NCBI GenBank assembly: GCA_048939995.1 | Contig: JBHLOY010000006.1 | Span: forward strand, 79,877-143,876 | Source: Promethearchaeota archaeon | Lineage (GTDB): Archaea > Asgardarchaeota > Lokiarchaeia > Sigyniarchaeales > SOKP01 | Length of the DNA stretch: 64,000 nucleotides | Direction of reading: 5' to 3' | Part shown: positions 58,744 to 64,000 of the stretch, piece by piece | Numbering within the stretch: the stretch's first letter is position 1 | How the letters are laid out: each line of letters begins with the position of its first letter | The notes under the pieces: model-generated | Told to the model about the DNA's origin: nothing | The model's database searches: none | What the model saw: only the letters and a program-made list of their open reading frames with translations | Translations under genes and position numbers: made by a program

Positions 58744-59306
58744 TCCATAGTAAATCCATGCCTTCCTATTGCTCCTTTTTTTATTTCAAGGTAACTTCCT
58801 GAAATATATGCACAAAAATCAAACTCATCTGGATTTAAATCATCATTTCGCACATATTTAGGATCAGAATGGGTAGCTAGTACTTCCCCGAAATAGCATA
58901 CATGTGATCCTAATTTTATACGATTAATAACCTTACATTCCATATTCCATGGAAATTCTTTTACCATGGGTACTTGAACAATTGATGCTGGCTCTTTAGT
59001 CAAATTTAATGCTTCCCATTTATCAATATTTCTTCCTGAGCGTGTACCGCAATAATCAATTTCTCTTAACTGTTCAATCGTTGGATAATTGATTACAAAT
59101 TCGCCATGTTTCTCGATTAAGATATAAGAATGGCGCTTGGGTTGAATTGAGATAACTACAATAGCGGGTTTTAAACAGACTTTTCCCACATAAGCAAGAG
59201 TTATTAGATTTGCTTCATCACCTTTTCCTACAGAGATAATAGCATTAGGCATAGGAAATACGCTTATTCCCGGTTTAAGAATTACTTTTTTCATTCTAAA
59301 ATTCAA
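58740..59306 (-). CDS. Flavin reductase-like FMN-binding protein
   Basis: P.P...IS, N..T, GEFVIN, CG..SGR..DK, P...EC, G.H...GEV. Confidence 0.88.
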   Translation of the reverse strand: MNFRMKKVILKPGISVFPMPNAIISVGKGDEANLITLAYVGKVCLKPAIVVISIQPKRHSYILIEKHGEFVINYPTIEQLREIDYCGTRSGRNIDKWEALNLTKEPASIVQVPMVKEFPWNMECKVINRIKLGSHVCYFGEVLATHSDPKYVRNDDLNPDEFDFCAYISGSYLEIKKGAIGRHGFTMD

Positions 59307-59397
59307 TACTCATTTATTAGAATATTAGCTAAATAATTATAAATTAATTTTATCCTTAAACATATTAATAGTTATTAATTTGTTGATTTATTTGTAA

Positions 59398-60258
59398 ATG
59401 TCAGTTAAGAATTATATTACAGCACAAACAGACATACTTGGTGTTATTGGGCATCCAATTGAACATTCAATGAGCCCTATTATGCATAATGCTGCTATTA
59501 GAGATCTTAACTTGGACTATATATATTTAGCCTTTGATATACCCCCAAATAATTTGAAGGATGCTATAAAAGGAATAAGGGCCCTTAATATAAAAGGGAT
59601 CAACGTAACACTCCCTCATAAAGAAAAAGTAATGCAATTTCTAGATAATATTGATGTTATTGCTCAAAAAATCAATAGTATAAATGCTATAAAAAATGAA
59701 GATGGGCTTTTAACAGGAAAAAATTTTGATTCGGAAGGAGCCAAAGAAGCGTTATTGAATGCAGGATGTACGCTTTCAGGGAAAAAAGTTATAATATTAG
59801 GGGCAGGTGGGGCTGCAAAAGCCATTTCCTATTCATTGGCATTAGAGGCAGAAAAAATCGTAATAATTAATCGAACTGAGGATCGAGCTAAAAGATTAGT
59901 GAGTGAATTGAAAAAATTCAATATTGAAAGTAAGAAATATAATGAAGAAACTATTAGAGAGGAAATAAAAAATGCAGATATTTTAATAAATGCAACTCCG
60001 GTCGGTATGTTTCCTTCTATGGAAACAACCCCAATTTCAAGAAATCTTTTACATAGTGGATTATTTGTTTTTGATCTAATATACAATCCATTAGAAACCC
60101 AGTTGCTCAAAGATTCGAAAGAGATTGGTTGCCGAGTACTAGGTGGTTTAGATATGTTGGTATACCAAGGAGCTTTAGCATTTGAATGGTGGATAAATAA
60201 AAAACCTAATATAGAATTAATGAAAAGAAAGGTAATTGAATATTTAGGAGGGGGATAA
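59398..60258 (+). CDS. aroE: Shikimate dehydrogenase
   Basis: G.PI.HSMSP.MHN, G.NVT.PHK, LGAGGAAKA, INATPVGM, D.IYNP..T. Confidence 0.95.
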   Translation: MSVKNYITAQTDILGVIGHPIEHSMSPIMHNAAIRDLNLDYIYLAFDIPPNNLKDAIKGIRALNIKGINVTLPHKEKVMQFLDNIDVIAQKINSINAIKNEDGLLTGKNFDSEGAKEALLNAGCTLSGKKVIILGAGGAAKAISYSLALEAEKIVIINRTEDRAKRLVSELKKFNIESKKYNEETIREEIKNADILINATPVGMFPSMETTPISRNLLHSGLFVFDLIYNPLETQLLKDSKEIGCRVLGGLDMLVYQGALAFEWWINKKPNIELMKRKVIEYLGGG

Positions 60259-61160
60259 TGTTAGGTAAGAATTTAACCATAATAGGTGGTTCAGGAGGGA
60301 TGGGAAAAGTCTTTGCAAAATATTTTAAGAAACATGGATTTAATATAATTTTACATGCTCGTAATGAAGAAAATTTAAAACGTACTGCTTATGAGTTGAA
60401 TGTAAATTATGAACTATCACTTGGTAAAAGTGTAGAAGATGCAAACATAGTCATGATCTCAGTTCCTATTCCTCTAACAACAGCTATAATAAGAGAAGTA
60501 GTTCCCTTTCTAAAAGCAGATTCACTAATTTTTGACATCACTTCAATTAAAAATGAAGTAATTAGAGTATATGAAGAAATTAAGATGAAATACCCCATAA
60601 ATTGTCTTTCACTTCATCCTATGTTTGGTCCTGGAATTAAAAATATGAAGAATTACATTATTCTTATCTTAAGAATTGGTGGCACAGAAAACTATAATAA
60701 GATAGTTGATGATTTATTAAGTTTAATTAAATCTGATGACATAATAGTTACAGAAACAACTCCGGAACTACATGATAAATACATAGCAATGACATTAGGA
60801 ATCCCTCACATGCTTAATATTTTATTTTTAAATCTATTAAGAAGAATGAATGAAACGCTGAACGATTTAACAAAATATGCAGGAACTACATTTCTGCTTC
60901 AAAAAGTCTTTTCAGAAAGTATTATTCAAAGAGAAATGGAGATGTTTGCTGACATTCAGATACAAAACAAAGAATTTCAAAAAGTGTTAGATGAATTTGA
61001 AAATTTAATAAAAGAATATAAAAAAATCATACAAAGCAAAGATAAGCAAGGATTTGTCAATATGTTTAAAGATGGTTTAAATTATTCAAGTGAGGATAGC
61101 CACTTTAAAGACTCATACAAATATTTCTATGAATTTATGAAAATTTTGAAAAATGAATAG
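60258..61160 (+). CDS. tyrA: Prephenate dehydrogenase
   Basis: IIGGSGGMG, SVPI, DITSIK, HPMFGP, HD...A....PH. Confidence 0.9.
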   Translation: MLGKNLTIIGGSGGMGKVFAKYFKKHGFNIILHARNEENLKRTAYELNVNYELSLGKSVEDANIVMISVPIPLTTAIIREVVPFLKADSLIFDITSIKNEVIRVYEEIKMKYPINCLSLHPMFGPGIKNMKNYIILILRIGGTENYNKIVDDLLSLIKSDDIIVTETTPELHDKYIAMTLGIPHMLNILFLNLLRRMNETLNDLTKYAGTTFLLQKVFSESIIQREMEMFADIQIQNKEFQKVLDEFENLIKEYKKIIQSKDKQGFVNMFKDGLNYSSEDSHFKDSYKYFYEFMKILKNE

Positions 61161-61237
61161 AATATCCTCCAAATTAAAATGTGTAGTTCTTATAATTATA
61201 TTTATACAGTTTTTTATGAAACTATGGCTCTGGGGAG

Positions 61238-61480
61238 TTGAAAACGGAGAAAATAACCTCATTTCACGTATATAGTCAAGATAATAATATTGGTCTTAAT
61301 ATATTAGTCGATAAAATTTGGCTTGAAAATGATCGCGTTTATTTTAGAGTAAACGAGTTCTTATCTGGAAATAAAAATTATCTACGTAAAGAAAAAGGTA
61401 AAGCTATTTTCTCTATTCACGAAAGCTTTATATTTAGTATAAGATGTCGGATTTACATGCAAGCTTCGCAAAGTATTTAA
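61238..61480 (+). CDS. Small hypothetical protein
   Basis: 80-aa ORF with TTG start after GGGGAG. Confidence 0.5.
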   Translation: MKTEKITSFHVYSQDNNIGLNILVDKIWLENDRVYFRVNEFLSGNKNYLRKEKGKAIFSIHESFIFSIRCRIYMQASQSI

Positions 61481-61617
61481 GAAATATTTAAGTCAAGCAC
61501 CATCTATTTTTATGAGAAGAAAATAATTTAATAATTTAAGGTGCATTTTATAAAGTGAATTCTTTTTAGACTTAACTCATGTTTACCAAAAAATGAAAAA
61601 TAATATAAAATTTAATC

Positions 61618-62220
61618 ATGCCAACCTTTATCGTATTAGATGGAATTGACGGTTCTGGTACAACAACTCATAGTAAGCTTCTTTACGGCTTTTTAGAGTC
61701 AAAGGGTTTTAAAGTGCATTTAACTAAAGAACCTTCAAATAGTGAAGTAGGTCAATTAATAAGGAGAAATCTTAAGAATCAAAACATCCCCCCAACTACA
61801 GATGCCTTGATGTTTGCAGCTGATAGAGACCTTCATTATCGAATGGAAATTAAAGAATATTTATCCAAAGGTTTTATAGTTATTTCTGATAGATACATTG
61901 AATCATCAATAGTATATCAATCTATACAATCAGATGAAATTTCAATTGATTGGGTAAAAACAATTAATAAGTTTGCGGGAAAAGCAGATTTGACAATTAT
62001 ATTAGATATTGATCCAATGATATCCCTAGCAAGAAAATCAACAAGCTTTGAAAAATTTGAGAATGATTCCTTCTTGAATAAAGTGAGAGAACTATATCTC
62101 TTGCGAGCAAAAGAACAGGGTTACCCTATTATTAATACAAATGAAATTATTGAATTTGTCCAACAAAAAATTCAAAAAATAGTTTTAAAAAAATTAAAGG
62201 AACAGGAAATACGTGAGTAA
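61618..62220 (+). CDS. tmk: Thymidylate kinase
   Basis: DGIDGSGTTT, EP, L.FAADR..H, DRY..SS..YQ, E.FE. Confidence 0.93.
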   Translation: MPTFIVLDGIDGSGTTTHSKLLYGFLESKGFKVHLTKEPSNSEVGQLIRRNLKNQNIPPTTDALMFAADRDLHYRMEIKEYLSKGFIVISDRYIESSIVYQSIQSDEISIDWVKTINKFAGKADLTIILDIDPMISLARKSTSFEKFENDSFLNKVRELYLLRAKEQGYPIINTNEIIEFVQQKIQKIVLKKLKEQEIRE

Positions 62221-62258
62221 TTTCTAATCTCTAATCAAAGAAACTTAAAAATGCGAAA

Positions 62259-62792
62259 TTACATTAACTTTTTTAATTCTGCTTGAATATCTTCAATTCT
62301 CTTTTTTGCTTTTATAAGTATCTGTGTTTTTCCATATTTTACGAACCAGTTATTAAACCTTTGTTCGATAGAGACTTCTCGAGTTCCAGCCATATGTTTA
62401 TCAGCTAGACATATTATCTTCTCTTCAATTGATTGAGGTAGAAACTCTCTTTCAGGAAGATTAACACTAACAGCATCGATTTTATCTAATCCCCCTAAAA
62501 TATGGGTTTCACAAATTCTAGCTAATTTCTCAGAAAAACCATGTTCTCTTAATATTTGTGCTCCGATTATCGCATGCTTGAATCCATGTGTTTTTGCCCG
62601 ACCAACATCATGTAATAATGCCCCGATTTCAATTAAATTAACATCAAGGTCAATTTTTGTGATTTTTTCTGCTATTTCTAGTGCTTTATCAGTAACTTTA
62701 AGAGAGTGGCGCCTAACATGGTATGGTACTTTCATTTTTTTTAAAAATTCAAAGGCGAATTCACTCGAAGGTAAGGTTTCATCATAAGACAT
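62259..62792 (-). CDS. HD-domain phosphohydrolase
   Basis: HS..V, ALLHDVGR..H...HA..G, EEKI...ADK. Confidence 0.88.
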   Translation of the reverse strand: MSYDETLPSSEFAFEFLKKMKVPYHVRRHSLKVTDKALEIAEKITKIDLDVNLIEIGALLHDVGRAKTHGFKHAIIGAQILREHGFSEKLARICETHILGGLDKIDAVSVNLPEREFLPQSIEEKIICLADKHMAGTREVSIEQRFNNWFVKYGKTQILIKAKKRIEDIQAELKKLM

Positions 62793-62935
62793 TAATTTCT
62801 AAAAGCGATTATCAACTAAAAGGTTTAGTTATTGACTAAAAGATCAAAGTATTTATATACTAAAGTAGTAAATATTTAGATCATTAGACAAGAATTCAAA
62901 AACATTTATCGTATTGAAATTGAGGAAGATCGCAG

Positions 62936-64000
62936 ATGAAAAATAAGAAAATAATCTTTTTAATCATTGTTTTATTATCTGTATCTTTTACATTGGTTTT
63001 TATGATAAATTATATCAATCAACCATATGTTGAAGAATTTTTACCTCAAGAAATGACCCTGGATGTTGAAAATCCAGTTTCTTCAGCCCCTATAACTCCA
63101 AAGAATGCTTTTGCTATTGTAGTAGGTATATCAGATTATCCTGGGTCGACTTCAGATTTGTCTTATTGTGATGATGATGCCCAAGATGTTTATCAGATGT
63201 TAATTAATGATTTTAATTTCAAACCTGAAAATGTTATTTATCTTCAAGATTCAAGCGCTTCAAAAGGAGCTATAGATAGCGCATTTAATCAAATCGCCTC
63301 CCAAATTAGTAGTGAAGATATCTTTTTCTTTTATTATTCAGGGCATGGAGGTGCTCAAACCCAAAGTACTGGTGTCATAAGTTATTCTGTCGATTCTCCT
63401 CACCCTTATTCAAACTACTATGACAATATGTGGAGTATTTATCATTCTAACGCAGCTTACATGAGAGTTCATTTTGATCATTTTGAAACTGAATATAATT
63501 ATGATTATGTATATTTAGGCGATACTGATTTAGGTTCTGGATGGTATTATGAAGGATATTCTGGTTATAGTTCCGGATTTTGGTCTGGTTGGATTCCAAT
63601 CTTGAGTGACTATAGACTTTATATTAGACTTGTTACTGATAGCTCAATTACTGATTGGGGATTCAGTATAGATAGTTATGAAGCACGTACGTATGATGGC
63701 ACTCATTTTTTATGTTCATATGATTCTATACCTAGTACTCCTACTAATTATTACTTAGATTCTCTGCTTGATTCAAAACTAGATCAAATAAATTGTGATG
63801 AAAGATATATCATTTTAGATGCATGTAATACGGGAGGTATGATTCCTGAAGTACAACAAGTAGGTAGATTTATAATGACTGCATGTGATGATGAAGAGTC
63901 AAGTTTAGAATCGCCCTCATTAGAACATGGAGTTTTCACTAATTTTTTTCTTGAATCTTTTGATTCTGCTAGTGATTCTAATGCGGATGGTGTTATTTCA
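62936..64000 (+). CDS. Signal/membrane-anchored caspase-like (C14) peptidase with inserted CUB-like domain (runs off window end)
   Basis: Hand translation: N-terminal TM, A..VGISDY, DA, FFYYSGHG (63338), ILDAC (63818), HGVFT; insert SPHPYSN..W.I...V.F..FETE..YDYV...TD.S...GF. Confidence 0.85.
   Translation, partial: MKNKKIIFLIIVLLSVSFTLVFMINYINQPYVEEFLPQEMTLDVENPVSSAPITPKNAFAIVVGISDYPGSTSDLSYCDDDAQDVYQMLINDFNFKPENVIYLQDSSASKGAIDSAFNQIASQISSEDIFFFYYSGHGGAQTQSTGVISYSVDSPHPYSNYYDNMWSIYHSNAAYMRVHFDHFETEYNYDYVYLGDTDLGSGWYYEGYSGYSSGFWSGWIPILSDYRLYIRLVTDSSITDWGFSIDSYEARTYDGTHFLCSYDSIPSTPTNYYLDSLLDSKLDQINCDERYIILDACNTGGMIPEVQQVGRFIMTACDDEESSLESPSLEHGVFTNFFLESFDSASDSNADGVIS

Noticed and set aside
1-64000. 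CRISPR arrays, rRNA genes, transposases/integrases, SECIS elements
   Set aside because: No spaced repeats, long GC-rich RNA genes or mobile-element motifs seen, and no selenoprotein ORF to anchor a SECIS; a covariance search would be needed to exclude SECIS.

Overview
AT-rich archaeal chromosome segment. Gene content points to an Asgard archaeon, probably Lokiarchaeia: Vps28, roadblock, an OSTC-like subunit, EFSec/SepSecS and archaeal ribosomal proteins. It holds the uS19-uL15 ribosomal operon, an uL11-uL1-uL10-P1/P2-secY-EMC3 cluster, eL34-cmk-eL14, selenocysteine machinery, shikimate genes and other housekeeping genes. The main finding is that the uL11 gene is interrupted by a 37-nt frame-breaking insert (49322-49358) that folds as a bulge-helix-bulge (BHB). 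Standard endonuclease cleavage would restore an intact 165-aa uL11, so this is a candidate tRNA-type intron in an mRNA. Six more BHB-type introns lie in three tRNA genes: tRNA-Sec (2), tRNA-Ile with a UAU anticodon (3) and tRNA-Ser(GGA) (1). All product calls come from recognising motifs by eye and all RNA folds were done by hand; no searches were run.
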